DNA from: an uncultured Holophagae bacterium
Lineage (GTDB): Bacteria > Acidobacteriota > Thermoanaerobaculia > Thermoanaerobaculales > Sulfomarinibacteraceae
DNA length: 64,000 nucleotides
NCBI GenBank assembly: GCA_963714385.1
Contig: CAVQOJ010000003.1
Span: 263,720-327,719 of the forward strand
Reading direction: 5' to 3'
Shown here: piece by piece, positions 38,962-49,395 of the stretch
Layout: each line of letters begins with the position of its first letter
Numbering within the stretch: the first letter of the stretch is position 1
Position numbers and translations under genes: made by a program
The notes under the pieces: model-generated
Told to the model about the DNA's origin: nothing
Database searches by the model: none
What the model saw: only the letters and a program-made list of their open reading frames with translations

Positions 38962-40062
38962 ATGACTCGTGGGATCCACCGGATTGCCGTCAACACTGGA
39001 GGAGGGGACGCCCCGGGCCTCAACGCCGTGATTCGGGCGATCGTGCTGTCAGGGCTGCGCCGGGGGTGGGAGGTGTTGGGAATCCACAAGGGGTACGCCG
39101 GGCTGCTCGACACCTCCAAGATCATCCAGCTCGACCGGGATTCGGTGCGCGGCATCACCCACATCGGCGGCACGATTCTCGGCACGACGAACACCGGAAA
39201 CCCTTTCAGCTTCCCGGTGAAGTTGCCCAGCGGGGAGGTCACGCTGGTGGACCGCTCCGACGAGGTCATGGAGGCCTTCAAGCGGCTTCGAATCGACGCC
39301 ATGATCGCGATCGGCGGCGACGGCTCGATGAAGATCGCCTCCCAGTTCGCCGCCAAGGGGATGCCCATCGTTGGGGTCCCGAAGACGATCGACAACGATC
39401 TGTCAGGGACCGTCGCCACCTTCGGTTTCGACACCGCGGTGACGGTGGCGACCGAAGCCATCGACCGACTCCACTCCACCGCCGAGGCCCACGAACGGGT
39501 CATGGTCACCGAGGTGATGGGGCGGTATGCCGGTTGGATCGCCCTGTTCGCCGGGGTGGCGGCGACCGCGGATGTGATCTTGATTCCGGAGATTCCGTTC
39601 GACATCGAGGCGGTGTGCGAAAAGATCAACGATCGCGAAGCCCAAGGCCAGCGATTCGCCATCGTGGTGGTGGCCGAAGGTGCGATTCCGATTGGTGGAA
39701 AGGTGGTGATCAAGAACCACGAGGTCGGTCGCGACGCCCAGTTGGGGGGCATCGCCGAGCACGTGGCGGCGGAGATTCACCGCCTGGCCGGCAAGGAGAC
39801 GCGGACCGTCGTCCTCGGACACCTCCAGCGGGGCGGTCCGCCGACCACCACCGACCGTCTGCTCGCGCTGCGATTCGGCGCCGCCGCCGTGCGGCTGGTG
39901 GGCCAGGGGATGTTCAAACACATGGTGGCCCTCGATCCGCCGAATGTTCGGGCGGTGCCTCTGGAGGAGGCCACCAGCCGGATGAAGACCGTTCCGTTGG
40001 ATAGCGACATCGTCGACACGGCGAGGGATCTCGGTATTTCCTTCGGGGATGCGTCCGACTGA
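38962..40062 (+). CDS. pfk: 6-phosphofructokinase (ATP- versus PPi-dependence not decidable from sequence)
   Basis: 366 aa. NTGGGDAPGLNAVIRA, IGGDGSM, VPKTIDNDL and MGRYAGW PFK motifs. The Gly in GGDG is ATP-type and the Lys in PKTIDND is PPi-type, so the signature is mixed. Confidence 0.9.
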   Translation: MTRGIHRIAVNTGGGDAPGLNAVIRAIVLSGLRRGWEVLGIHKGYAGLLDTSKIIQLDRDSVRGITHIGGTILGTTNTGNPFSFPVKLPSGEVTLVDRSDEVMEAFKRLRIDAMIAIGGDGSMKIASQFAAKGMPIVGVPKTIDNDLSGTVATFGFDTAVTVATEAIDRLHSTAEAHERVMVTEVMGRYAGWIALFAGVAATADVILIPEIPFDIEAVCEKINDREAQGQRFAIVVVAEGAIPIGGKVVIKNHEVGRDAQLGGIAEHVAAEIHRLAGKETRTVVLGHLQRGGPPTTTDRLLALRFGAAAVRLVGQGMFKHMVALDPPNVRAVPLEEATSRMKTVPLDSDIVDTARDLGISFGDASD

Positions 40063-40081
40063 GGTACCATGAGACGATCCA

Positions 40082-40417
40082 ATGATCGTCTCGGCGTGGC
40101 ATGACGGAGGTGGCGGATTCGGGCTTCGGGTTCCCGAGGACAATATCAGTCTGTTTTTCCGCCCGGAGTGGAGCCGGGTTTCGATCTACCTTCCGGGTGA
40201 GACGGAACCTGCCCAGATCAACCTCACCGAGAGCTTTTGGAGCACGGCTCCGGAGCTCCGATCGTCCCGGATCCGGTCCTTTTTCGAGCGCCACGGCCTG
40301 GTTCCGTGGATCAAGCACCGTCCGCCCCACTTCGAGCTCGAACCTCTCGGGGACGGCGAGTTTCGGCTGCTGTGGCTGGAACGCGTCGAAGGTCAACAGT
40401 CGCTGCCACTCGACTGA
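40082..40417 (+). CDS. hypothetical protein (111 aa)
   Basis: ORF starts 20 nt after pfk and has coding-like composition. I do not recognise any motif. Confidence 0.45.
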   Translation: MIVSAWHDGGGGFGLRVPEDNISLFFRPEWSRVSIYLPGETEPAQINLTESFWSTAPELRSSRIRSFFERHGLVPWIKHRPPHFELEPLGDGEFRLLWLERVEGQQSLPLD

Positions 40418-40449
40418 CGATGGTCCGGATCGGATTGAGGGTGGTTTTT

Positions 40450-41544
40450 CTACTCACGCTCCTGGGATGAGCGTGGGCCGCGAGGGCTGCGAAATGCGAG
40501 GGCGCGGCGTTGACTGATGCCCTGGCGCCAGAGCGGGATGAAGGTGCCGAGATCACGCAGCGAGTCGTCGAGGCCGCGGAGGTAGGGGATCAACCTGCTG
40601 CTGATCGTGGCGCTCACCGCGGCGGCGTGCGGCGTCGAATCCTCGGGCCCCTCGCGTCCCAGGGAAAGGGCGGTAAGGATCTGGCGTCCGGCCTCGTAGA
40701 GCTCGACGAGCAATCGGCAGTTGACCGGCATCTCGACGGCGTGGTGGCTGAGCAGGTCGAGCTCGGTCAGCCGAATGGCGCGCAGCGAGAGGGTCTTTTT
40801 CAGACGGTCGGTGAGGTCGGCGGAGAGAAAACGGAGGAAGGAGTCCATGGGCGCCCAGTCGGAGGGTTCGGGAATCCGCTGGCGGCCGGCGATCTTCTCG
40901 AGGAACGGAGGAAAGAGCTGCCGTCGTTCGGCTTCGATCTTTTGGAAATCCGCGTCCAGAGAAATCACCGAGGTGTACAGCCACTCCGACTCTTCGACGT
41001 CGCGCGGGAACTCCCTGGACAGGTAGTAGTCGGCATCGTGGCAGCCGCGTGGGTCGCTGGCCATGAGGCTGCCGAAGGAGTCCTGCAGGAAGGCGTGAAG
41101 CTGGCCGACGGCCACGCACAGGAAACGCCGCAGCTGATCCTCGTCTCGAGGCTGGGGATCGGCGGGTAGATCGTCGATCTGGGCAAGCAGGGTGAGCTGC
41201 AGGTGAGCGAGGTTGGTGGCCACCGCCTGGCGCGCCGATTCGAGCTTCGGCACCACCGATGGGCTGTCGATCAGCGGAGCGAGGTCGTTCTCGATCCTTT
41301 CGGCGACCTCGCGGACCGTCTTCCAGATTGCCAACAGCCGCGTGGGTGAGGCGTAGAGGATGGCGGTGTTGCTCTCCAACGCGCTGCTGATCCTGCGAAG
41401 ACAGCCGAGCAAGGTCCGAATTCGGGGGTTCTGCCACCCCTCCATTTCGGGCCGCCACTGCTTGATCGAAACCCCCTCGGGCAGGGTCACCTGACCGAAA
41501 TCCGGGGAGTTTCCGTCGGCGTTTGATTGCAAGAAGCTCATCAA
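40450..41544 (-). CDS. hypothetical helical protein (364 aa)
   Basis: Long ORF with Leu/Arg/Glu-rich helical composition. No recognisable motif. Convergent with 40082..40417. Confidence 0.5.
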   Translation of the reverse strand: MMSFLQSNADGNSPDFGQVTLPEGVSIKQWRPEMEGWQNPRIRTLLGCLRRISSALESNTAILYASPTRLLAIWKTVREVAERIENDLAPLIDSPSVVPKLESARQAVATNLAHLQLTLLAQIDDLPADPQPRDEDQLRRFLCVAVGQLHAFLQDSFGSLMASDPRGCHDADYYLSREFPRDVEESEWLYTSVISLDADFQKIEAERRQLFPPFLEKIAGRQRIPEPSDWAPMDSFLRFLSADLTDRLKKTLSLRAIRLTELDLLSHHAVEMPVNCRLLVELYEAGRQILTALSLGREGPEDSTPHAAAVSATISSRLIPYLRGLDDSLRDLGTFIPLWRQGISQRRALAFRSPRGPRSSQERE

Positions 41545-41626
41545 TATCCCATGCTACGGCAGGCGCACCGTGCCTCCCTCCAGGTCTTTGGTACCCTGCG
41601 GCGCCCGGAATGATCGCCCAACCGAA

Positions 41627-43792
41627 TCACTCGACAGCGAGCGGCAGTCCGGCAGCCCGCCAGGCCAGGATTCCTCCCTTGAGTCCGTAGTACCTCTCGA
41701 AGTTCAGCTCGCGAAGGGTCTGCATGGCCCGCGCGGTTCTGCGGCCCGATCGATCGACGATCAGGATGGTTCGATCGCGGGGCAGGCTGTCGATCTCGGA
41801 GTACAGCGTCCGCAGCGGTTTCAGCTCGGAACCCGTGATGTACCCCCTTTCGAACTCCTCGGGCTCTCTGACGTCGATCACGGTCGCTTTGGCGGACTCC
41901 ATCAGGTCGCAAAACGTGGCGGCGTTGACGAACCGGGTGGCATCGAGGCTGCGGTGGGGGAGGATCGGCAGCTGCTCTGACGACGGGTGCTTCTGGATCG
42001 CCTGACACTCGGCGAAGACCCGGTGCTCGCAGCCGTAACTGCAGACCGACGGATCCACCACGTGGTCAAACAGAAATTCGATGGCGCCTTCCTGGGGCAG
42101 GATGTGTCCCTCTCCAAGGGTTTCAGCTATGAAGCCGCTTTGCTCCATGACCTCGAGCACAGGCTGCCGGGGCCGGACCAGGAAGACGTCACCGCCGAAG
42201 GCACGGTAGGTGGCGACGGTTGCCTCGAGCATCTCGATTCCGCTCAGGTCGATGATGTCGACCCCGTGCATCCTGAGCAAGAGGACGTTCTGACCCGGGT
42301 TGTCCTCGAGGTTGAGGCGGAGCTCCTCCTCGATGTGGTAGACGGCGCCGAAAAACAGCGGTCCGCGGATGTTCATGACGCCCACCTGCGGGCAGACGGG
42401 TTCGTTTACCCGGCGGATCAGGTGGCGGAAGGTGGGGTCGGGAACGGTGGGGTAGACGCTGGGCATGCTCGAACGAATCACGAAGATGGCCAGGGAAAGG
42501 ATGACGCCGGAAAGGACCGCGAAATCGAGGGGCAGGGTGAGGGTGGCGGCGAAGGTCATCGCCATCACCGCCGTCTCGGACCGTGAGGTTTTGATCGCTT
42601 TCCGGGTGCCCTCGCGATCGATCATCCCCCAGGCGACCACCAGCAGCACGGCAGCGATGCTGGCCTTCGGAATGAAGTGCGCGTAGGGTGCCAGGACCAG
42701 CATCGCGCCGAGGATCGTCAACCCGGTGACTATTCCGGCCATGCGCGTCTTGGCTCCCACCTGCTGATTCAGCGAGGAGCGGGTGAACGAGCCGGAGGTC
42801 GGATAGCCGGAGAAGAACCCGGCAGCCAGGTTGGCGAGGCCCTGTCCGAAGAACTCCTGGTTGCTGTCGAGACGGTCGTTGGTCCGCTTGGCGAGGGTCT
42901 GGGCCGAGGCGACGGCCTCGACCAGGCCGAGCGCGGTGACGGCGAGGGATCCCACGACGAGGGCTCGAATGGTCGACAGATCCGGCAGATCCGAGAAGGA
43001 CCTGAAGGTGAACGGCGGCAGCGAGCGGGGGATGGATCCCACCACCCAGACTCCCCGGTCGTCGAGGGCGAAGGCCCAGACCACGATCGCGGCCGCCGCG
43101 ACCGCGACGAGGGCGGCGGGGACCCTGGGGCCGAGACGCCGGAGGACGAGCAGGAGGACGAGAGTCGCCAATCCGAGGCCGAGGCTCAGGAAATGCGTGT
43201 CTCCGATTTGAGCCGCGATGTTGATCGCGGTGTTGTAAAGCTCCGGAGACGAGGGGACCTTGATTTGCAGCAGGTTCTTCATTTGACCGACCGCGATGTG
43301 GACCGCGGCGCCGGCGGTGAATCCGAGCAGCACGGCGCGGGATGCCAGGGTCACCAGGGCCCCGAATCGCAGCACGGCGAGCAGAATCTCCGACACCCCG
43401 ACCATGAGGGCGAGGGTTGCAGCCGCGATCACGAATGTGGCGGTGCCGGGCTCGGCCACCGCCAACAAAATGGGCAGAACGAGCAGCGAAACGGCGTTGA
43501 CCGGCCCGGTGGCCAGAAACCTGGACGATCCCCACAACGATCCCACCACGGCGGCTACCACGGCGGCGTAGAGACCGGTCTGGGGCGGGAGCTCGGCAAT
43601 CGAGGCGTAGGCGATGGCCTGGGGGACGGCGACCGCGGCCACGGTGGCGCCGGCGATCAGATCAGGGGTGAGATTCGAGCGGTCGTAGTCCCGGAAGAGG
43701 CCGAGCGGGCGCGACAGGAACTCGACCACCCTCCGCGCCTGAATGACCGGGTTGGGCCGGAGCCATGATGTGGAGTCAGTCCCGTCTTGCAT
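41627..43792 (-). CDS. SulP-family anion transporter with STAS and C-terminal rhodanese domains
   Basis: 721 aa. The SulP signature region (DLIAGATVAAVAVPQAIAYASIA) and many TM segments are followed by a STAS-like region. A rhodanese-like tail closes the protein (ATVIDVREPEEFERGYITGS ... ILIVDRSGRRTARA). Confidence 0.85.
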   Translation of the reverse strand: MQDGTDSTSWLRPNPVIQARRVVEFLSRPLGLFRDYDRSNLTPDLIAGATVAAVAVPQAIAYASIAELPPQTGLYAAVVAAVVGSLWGSSRFLATGPVNAVSLLVLPILLAVAEPGTATFVIAAATLALMVGVSEILLAVLRFGALVTLASRAVLLGFTAGAAVHIAVGQMKNLLQIKVPSSPELYNTAINIAAQIGDTHFLSLGLGLATLVLLLVLRRLGPRVPAALVAVAAAAIVVWAFALDDRGVWVVGSIPRSLPPFTFRSFSDLPDLSTIRALVVGSLAVTALGLVEAVASAQTLAKRTNDRLDSNQEFFGQGLANLAAGFFSGYPTSGSFTRSSLNQQVGAKTRMAGIVTGLTILGAMLVLAPYAHFIPKASIAAVLLVVAWGMIDREGTRKAIKTSRSETAVMAMTFAATLTLPLDFAVLSGVILSLAIFVIRSSMPSVYPTVPDPTFRHLIRRVNEPVCPQVGVMNIRGPLFFGAVYHIEEELRLNLEDNPGQNVLLLRMHGVDIIDLSGIEMLEATVATYRAFGGDVFLVRPRQPVLEVMEQSGFIAETLGEGHILPQEGAIEFLFDHVVDPSVCSYGCEHRVFAECQAIQKHPSSEQLPILPHRSLDATRFVNAATFCDLMESAKATVIDVREPEEFERGYITGSELKPLRTLYSEIDSLPRDRTILIVDRSGRRTARAMQTLRELNFERYYGLKGGILAWRAAGLPLAVE

Positions 43793-44012
43793 ACCTTATA
43801 ACCATCTAAGAATATAATCGAGAAAGGCCGGTTGTCAACCGCAGGTGAGACTTCGGTTTTCGTGGGCTACACTTGGGTCCGATGAGAATCGCTCTGGTTC
43901 AGCAGCCCGCCGGGATTGATCGCGACGACAACCGACGCCGAGGACTCGCGGCACTCGGTGAGGCGACGGGGCAGGGCGCCGACCTGTTGTGCCGGACCCT
44001 AGGAGGCGGATA

Positions 44013-44465
44013 ATGGACGATCTCAAAACCCCGGCCGGGCCCACCGGTCAACTCCCGCTGGCGGGATATCGGATCCTGGTGGTTGACGACGACGAGGACA
44101 CCAGGACCTACCTGCTGACCGTCCTGGCCGATGCCGGTGCCCAGATCTGCGAGGCGGAGGACGGCGACGAGGCGATCGAGGTGGCCGGGCGGGAGAGTCC
44201 GGACCTGATAACCCTCGACCTTTCGATGCCGCACAAGGACGGCGTGGCGGCGCTGTGCGAGCTGCGCGGGACGCCGGGGTTGGAGGAGATTCCGGTGTGT
44301 ATCATTACCGGCCACCCGGAGTTTCGCCGGGTCATCTACGACCGCCCGACGAGGCCCCCCGAGGGCTATCTGAACAAGCCGGTTGATGCGGACGATCTGG
44401 TCCGAACCGTGCGACGCATCCTGGGGCTGGGACGGCGCCGCCGGGATCGGCCTCATCCGCGCTAG
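44013..44465 (+). CDS. single-domain response regulator (CheY-like receiver)
   Basis: ATG 44013 lies 7 nt after AGGAGG. RILVVDDDEDTR, DLITLDLSMPHKDG and a conserved Lys region (YLNKP). Confidence 0.8.
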   Translation: MDDLKTPAGPTGQLPLAGYRILVVDDDEDTRTYLLTVLADAGAQICEAEDGDEAIEVAGRESPDLITLDLSMPHKDGVAALCELRGTPGLEEIPVCIITGHPEFRRVIYDRPTRPPEGYLNKPVDADDLVRTVRRILGLGRRRRDRPHPR

Positions 44466-44502
44466 TCGACCCTGCTCATCTGCTTTCTGCTGCTGTCGGC
44501 GA

Positions 44503-44541
44503 GTTGAAAGTTGAAAGTTGAAAGTTCCCGCCCGCCCACCC
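44503..44541. repeat. period-7 array GTTGAAA x3 GTT fused to the C-box CCCGCCCGCCCACCC
   Basis: Units at 44503-09, 10-16 and 17-23. C-box at 44527..44541 (GGGTGGGCGGGCGGG on the other strand). The ~50-nt segment from CTGCTGCTGTCGG onward is homologous to 61524..61570. Confidence 0.9.
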
Positions 44542-44574
44542 GAGGCAGGCCCAGCGCCCGCGTCGGGGCCCAGC

Positions 44575-44730
44575 GACGGCGGCAGTCTTCAGCGTCAGCC
44601 TCCAGAATGGCCGGTGCAGAGAGTTCCAATCAGAATTCTGGGTTGAACGACCCGGAGGTGGTCATTTGCTGTGCCGACAAGGCAACTGATCGCTGCCGCT
44701 GAAGACTGATCTCTGTCCCTGCCGCTGCAG
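44575..44730 (-). mobile_element. relic fragment of the intervening-sequence-like element
   Basis: 44682..44722 is the reverse complement of 15135..15175 at about 40/41 identity (GCAGGGACAGAGATCAGTCTTCAGCGGCAGCRATCAGTTGC). 44643..44660 (TTGAACGACCCGGAGGTG) matches the outer-stem / ORF-start sequence. No TIRs, hairpin core or ORF remain. Confidence 0.5.
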
Positions 44731-44742
44731 TTCGGACGCCGA

Positions 44743-44777
44743 CAATTCGCAATCCGCAATCCGCAATTCGTAATCCA
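44743..44777. repeat. period-7 array CAATTCG CAATCCG CAATCCG CAATTCG TAATCCA
   Basis: Five units in register, ending 7 nt from the M16 peptidase stop codon (44785). Confidence 0.9.
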
Positions 44778-44784
44778 CCAGGGG

Positions 44785-47499
44785 CTAGTCGGCCGGCCTG
44801 CCCTGCTGGTCCACCACCTGCGGAGCCGGAAATCCGGCCTCCACCAGCTGGGAGGCGACAGCCTCGGCGTCGCCAACCAGGACTATCCGGAACCCGTTCC
44901 AGTCGAACAGGCCTGAACGGGCGATCCGGTTCACCAGCTCGAGGTCCACGGCGGAGAGGCTGCCAAGGTCGGTTGCCACCGAGTCCAACGGTCTCCCGTC
45001 GGCGGCCAAAGCCACAAGGGTGGCGGCGAGGGATCTCGTGCTCTCACCGGTCTTGATCAGCTCGTAGCTCACGGTGCTGGTGGCCTTGGCGAGCTCGTCG
45101 GCGCTGATGTCTCCTTCGGCGAGGCGGGCGAACTCTTCTCTGAGCTCGGCGAGGGCCGCCGCCGTGACTTCCGCCTGGACCGCGGAGTAGGCGTAGAGCT
45201 CGAACTGGTTGCCGCGCTGATCGAGGGCGCTGCCGGCATGATAGGTGTAGCCGTGCTGCTCGCGGAGATTGCGCATCAGGCGGCTGGTGAAGGTGGCGCC
45301 GAACAGGGTGTTGACGCACCGCCGCCCGATCCTCTCCGCCCCGTCTTCGGGAGCAGCCACCGGACGGAGCATGAAGATCACCGTCTGAGCAGCGTTGGGC
45401 CGGTCAACGATGGCCAGCCCGGCAGCGGCTTCGGTCACCGCCGCCGGCATCGCCATGGACTCCGGTGGCGGCGCGCGCCACGACCCGAATCGCCGGTTGA
45501 GGGCGTTTCTCAATGCCTCGGCCTCCACATCGCCGGCGAAGACGAACCGGGAACGCGCCGGGTGAAGCAGCTGGGGCAGCGCCGCCCGGACGTCCTCAAG
45601 CTCGACGGCAGCCGCGGTCTCCTCATATCCGGAGCGGGGACGGCCGCGCGGGTCGTCCCGCCCATACACCATGGCGCCGGCCGCCAGGTAGGCGACGGAG
45701 TGGGGGTTCTGACCCCGGCTGCGGATTCGCTCGAGGGCGAGGCGGCGCTCGCGACGAAAGTCCTCCTCGCCGAGATTGGGCCTCAGCACCGCGTCAGCGA
45801 ACAGATCGAGGGTCGCATCGAGGCGGGACGAGAGGCCCTGGACCTTCACCTGAAAATCGTCCCAGCCTGCGGTGGCCGTCACGTCGGCGCCGAGGGATGC
45901 GACGGCGTCGGCGAACTCCACGGCCGATCGGCCCCCGGCGCCAGCGGTCAACATGGAGGCCGCCAACGCGGCCAGGCCGGCGCTGTCCGCCGCGACCATC
46001 CGCTCCCCACCGTCCGCCAGCAGCGCGCCCGCGAACAGTCCGGTGCCGGGGCGGCTGATCAGCGCCACCTCGATGCCGTTGGCGAGCGTGACGGACTCTG
46101 ACGAGGGGGGACGGTAGGTCGATGACGTCCAGTCGGTGGGACGGACATCGAGGTCGGCTTGGACCTCGGCAGCCGCCTCGGGCAGAATCCGGAGGTCGAG
46201 CCGAGCCGACGTGAGAACCTCGCGGGACCAATCTCGGACGCCCTCCCGGGTGGCACCCGTCCACCGGGCGAGGTCGCGGGCGAAGGAGTCCGGTTCACCA
46301 AACTGGTCGCGGTAGGCGTTGAGGGCATCGGCACGGTTGACGAGGTTCTCCATGCTTCTCAGGAACGAAGCCTCCTGAGCCGCCTTGACCCTCGCAAGCT
46401 CCTGGGCGGTCGGCCCATACGCCTGAAGCCCGCCAATGACCTCGAGGACGGCGCGCTTGATCAGCTCCAGGTCGCCGTCGGCGGCGGCGGTCGCCTCGAT
46501 GAAGAACATCGATCCCAGGCCCTCGGACGCCTGGTAGGCCGTCACGTCCTGAGCGGTCGCGTCCTCGATGACCAGTCGCTGGTACAGGCGGCTCGACGGT
46601 CCATCGGCCAGGATCGACGCCACCAAGTCCATTTCGGCGTCTCCCGGCGAGTAGGCCGGCGGCGATGGCCACACTAGGTAGAACCGGGCCGCGTCCACGC
46701 GGTCGGTTTCGACGCGCCGGATTTCGCGATCCAGGGTGACCGGCGGGACGGTCACGTGCTCCGGCGCGGGCCTGATCGGAACTGCCCCGAAGGTGGCGAG
46801 AACCAGCTGCCTCGTCTTTTCGGGGTCGATGTCGCCGGCGACCACCAGGCTGGCGTTGGCGGGTACGTAGTAGGTGTTGAAGAAGTCGACAACGTCCTCC
46901 AGGGTGGCCGCCTGGAGGTGCTCGGTCTCGCCGATCCCGGACAGATGATAGGGGTGATCCGGGGGATAGATTGCCTTCGGGATGATGATGTAGGCCTTGT
47001 TGTAGGGCGCGTTTTCGTAGTTCTCCCGGCGCTCGTTGAGCACCACGTCCCGCTGGAGGTCGAGCTTTTCAAGGGTCATGGCGCGCCCGAGACCGTCGAG
47101 GCGGTCGGCGTCGAGCCAGAGCAGGGTCGGCAGCAGCGACGACGGTCCCCAGATGTAGTAGTTGGTGCGATCCATGCCGGTGGAGGCGTTGTTGGCGCCG
47201 CCGCCGGCTTCCATGATGTCATCGTAGCCGCTTCCGGGGACCCGCTCGGTTCCCATGAACATCAGGTGCTCGAAGAGGTGGGCGAAGCCGCTGCGCCCGG
47301 GCGGGTCGTCCTTCGAGCCGACGTAGAACCAGGTGTTCACCACCACCTGGGGCAGGGAGTGGTCCTCGTGCAGGATGACGGTCAGCCCGTTGGGCAGGGT
47401 GAAGATCTGGTACTCGACCTCGAGCTCGGAGGCGGTGACGGCGGTGGCGACCAGGAGAAGGGCGGCGAAGACGACGGCTGAACGCGGGCGTGGGGGCAT
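44785..47499 (-). CDS. secreted M16-family (pitrilysin/insulinase-like) zinc peptidase, double module
   Basis: 904 aa with a signal sequence. Inverted zinc motif HLFEHLMFMG (H..EH) in the first module, then a second non-catalytic M16 pair. Confidence 0.85.
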   Translation of the reverse strand: MPPRPRSAVVFAALLLVATAVTASELEVEYQIFTLPNGLTVILHEDHSLPQVVVNTWFYVGSKDDPPGRSGFAHLFEHLMFMGTERVPGSGYDDIMEAGGGANNASTGMDRTNYYIWGPSSLLPTLLWLDADRLDGLGRAMTLEKLDLQRDVVLNERRENYENAPYNKAYIIIPKAIYPPDHPYHLSGIGETEHLQAATLEDVVDFFNTYYVPANASLVVAGDIDPEKTRQLVLATFGAVPIRPAPEHVTVPPVTLDREIRRVETDRVDAARFYLVWPSPPAYSPGDAEMDLVASILADGPSSRLYQRLVIEDATAQDVTAYQASEGLGSMFFIEATAAADGDLELIKRAVLEVIGGLQAYGPTAQELARVKAAQEASFLRSMENLVNRADALNAYRDQFGEPDSFARDLARWTGATREGVRDWSREVLTSARLDLRILPEAAAEVQADLDVRPTDWTSSTYRPPSSESVTLANGIEVALISRPGTGLFAGALLADGGERMVAADSAGLAALAASMLTAGAGGRSAVEFADAVASLGADVTATAGWDDFQVKVQGLSSRLDATLDLFADAVLRPNLGEEDFRRERRLALERIRSRGQNPHSVAYLAAGAMVYGRDDPRGRPRSGYEETAAAVELEDVRAALPQLLHPARSRFVFAGDVEAEALRNALNRRFGSWRAPPPESMAMPAAVTEAAAGLAIVDRPNAAQTVIFMLRPVAAPEDGAERIGRRCVNTLFGATFTSRLMRNLREQHGYTYHAGSALDQRGNQFELYAYSAVQAEVTAAALAELREEFARLAEGDISADELAKATSTVSYELIKTGESTRSLAATLVALAADGRPLDSVATDLGSLSAVDLELVNRIARSGLFDWNGFRIVLVGDAEAVASQLVEAGFPAPQVVDQQGRPAD

Positions 47500-47564
47500 G
47501 ATCTCTCCTTCGGCTCAACGAATCCATCGGGCTCCAGGAATCTACGATGATCCGGGAGGAGAGT

Positions 47565-49341
47565 TTATCGCGGACCCGTCAGCGTCGCGAAGGGGACCCT
47601 GGTCGAGGACCCGGTGCCGGCACGGTGACCGCGGGCGCGGAACTCGAGCCACCTGATCATGGTCGCTGCCGGGTCGAAGGTGACGCGACCAGAGGACCGG
47701 CGAACCGGCGACCCGATGATCGACAGAGTCGCCGGGTTGGTCACCAACCGGCCCGCGGCATTGGTGATCACGCAGTCGTAGTCCCCGAGATCCTCATAGC
47801 CGAGACCGTGGAGGGTGACTTCCGGGCCGGTGGCGCCGGAGATCCGGTGGTTGTCCTCGAGGGCGATGGTGTGTCGGCGCCACCGGTACGACATCTCGCT
47901 GTCCGACGCCACCACCACCGAAAACGCGGTCGAACCGTTGAATGGCGCCGTGGCGGCCGTCGGGCCGGCCAGGATCTCCGGCGGCTCGTGGGCGGTGAGG
48001 GTCACGGTGTTGAATGCCGCATCGCCGAATCGTGGACCGCCAATGCGGACGAGGCGCGCATAAACGCCGACCGTCCGATTGGGCTGGTCGGGCCGGATCG
48101 ACGTCGAGATCAGCACGCCGTCGAGGGTTTGCGTCTCGCCCGGGCCCACCGGCACTGAGACGGCGACGGGGTCCACCGAGTGGGTCCAGCCCTGCTCCGA
48201 GACATCGAAGATCAGGTAGTAGCCATCCTCCGCCCTCCAAGTGGAGGTGCCGGTGTTCCGAACCTCGATCTGAATCGGTTGCGACTCCCGCGACCCCAGG
48301 GTGGCGGGCACGCCGTGAATCGCGACTTCGGCGTCGTCGATATCGGCGGTGTCGATGAAAGAGGCATAGGCGTGGTATGCGAGCTTGGGCTCGAGATCCG
48401 GCGGGGGCCCGAGGATGCCCCAGGTATTGGCTGGGTTGGACGCCGGGTCGACCATCTCGTAGAAGAAAACCCTGGCAAGCCAGGTGTTGTCCCGATCCTC
48501 CCCGAACCAGCCCTCGAGCACGCCGAGATAGAAGTCCTCCTGACCGGCTTCGCCGAACTCGCCGCTCTGAACGCCGGTCTCGGTGAGCCACACCGGACGT
48601 TGGGACCAGCCGGCATCGTCCAGGACCGAGCGGACCGACGGCGGGTCCCAGGGGAACTGGCCGCCCTCGTCGAGCTTTTCCCGAACGTCGCCGCTCGTGC
48701 CGTCGGACGGGTAGACGTGGTGAGTGACCACGTCGAGCAGATCCCGTGTTCTGGAGACGATGTCGTCAAGCCAGTCGTCCCAGTCGGCGCTCACCAGGTG
48801 GGCGAGATCGGGAGCGGCCACGAAGGCATCCGGGTCGACGGTTCGAACCGCTTCGATGCCGGCCAGCAGGATCTCATCCAGATACTGACTGCGGCTGCCC
48901 TCCCAGAAGTGATAGAGATTCGGTTCGTTCCAGAACCCCCAGGCGTCGACCCGGTCGTGGTACCTGGATGCGAGAACGTAACAAAAATCGCGCCAGTCCG
49001 CCGGGTTTTCCGGTACTCCGCTGAACTCGGATCCCGCGGTCGCCCAGAGGGGAGTGCCCGAGACGGTGGCGAAGACCCTGAGGCCCCTCGATTCCAGGCG
49101 ATCCATGAGCTCGTCGATCCGGATGCCAATCGTAGCGATCCGGCTCGGGTTCGATGAGGGCCCAGACGACGTCAATTCGGACCCATTCGATGCCGGCGGC
49201 GGCGATCTCGTCGGCAACGGGATCCGACGGGATGTGGGCGTCGACGCCGAAGGTCGAGGCCTCACCGGCACCGGAGCAGACCCCGAGCAGCACTGCCGCC
49301 GACAGGGTCACCGCACGACCGGACGAGCGTACGAGCTTCAT
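47565..49341 (-). pseudogene. clan-A glycoside hydrolase (GH5-like) with C-terminal Ig-like domain, interrupted by one frameshift (or an assembly indel)
   Basis: The N-terminus from ATG 49341 (MKLVRSS ... LLGVCSG ... GIEWVRIDVVWALIEPEPDRYDW) lies in ORF 48874..49353. It continues in ORF 47565..49271 (IRIDELMDRLESRGLRVFATVSGTPLWA ... GFWNEPN ...). The switch is near 49125..49135. The C-terminal I-set-like segment is YEDLGDYDCVITNAAG. Confidence 0.65.
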
Positions 49342-49395
49342 GCCACTCACCACAACGCGGATTGTACATCCCGGTATTCTGAAAGCCGACCCCGG

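Noticed and set aside
43793-44012. AT-rich stretch (TACCTTATAACCATCTAAGAATATAATCGAG) between the SulP transporter and the response regulator, considered as a tRNA/ncRNA or mobile-element end.
   Set aside because: No cloverleaf or repeat partner was found. It is most simply the divergent promoter region of the two genes, and no specific -35/-10 assignment can be defended by eye.
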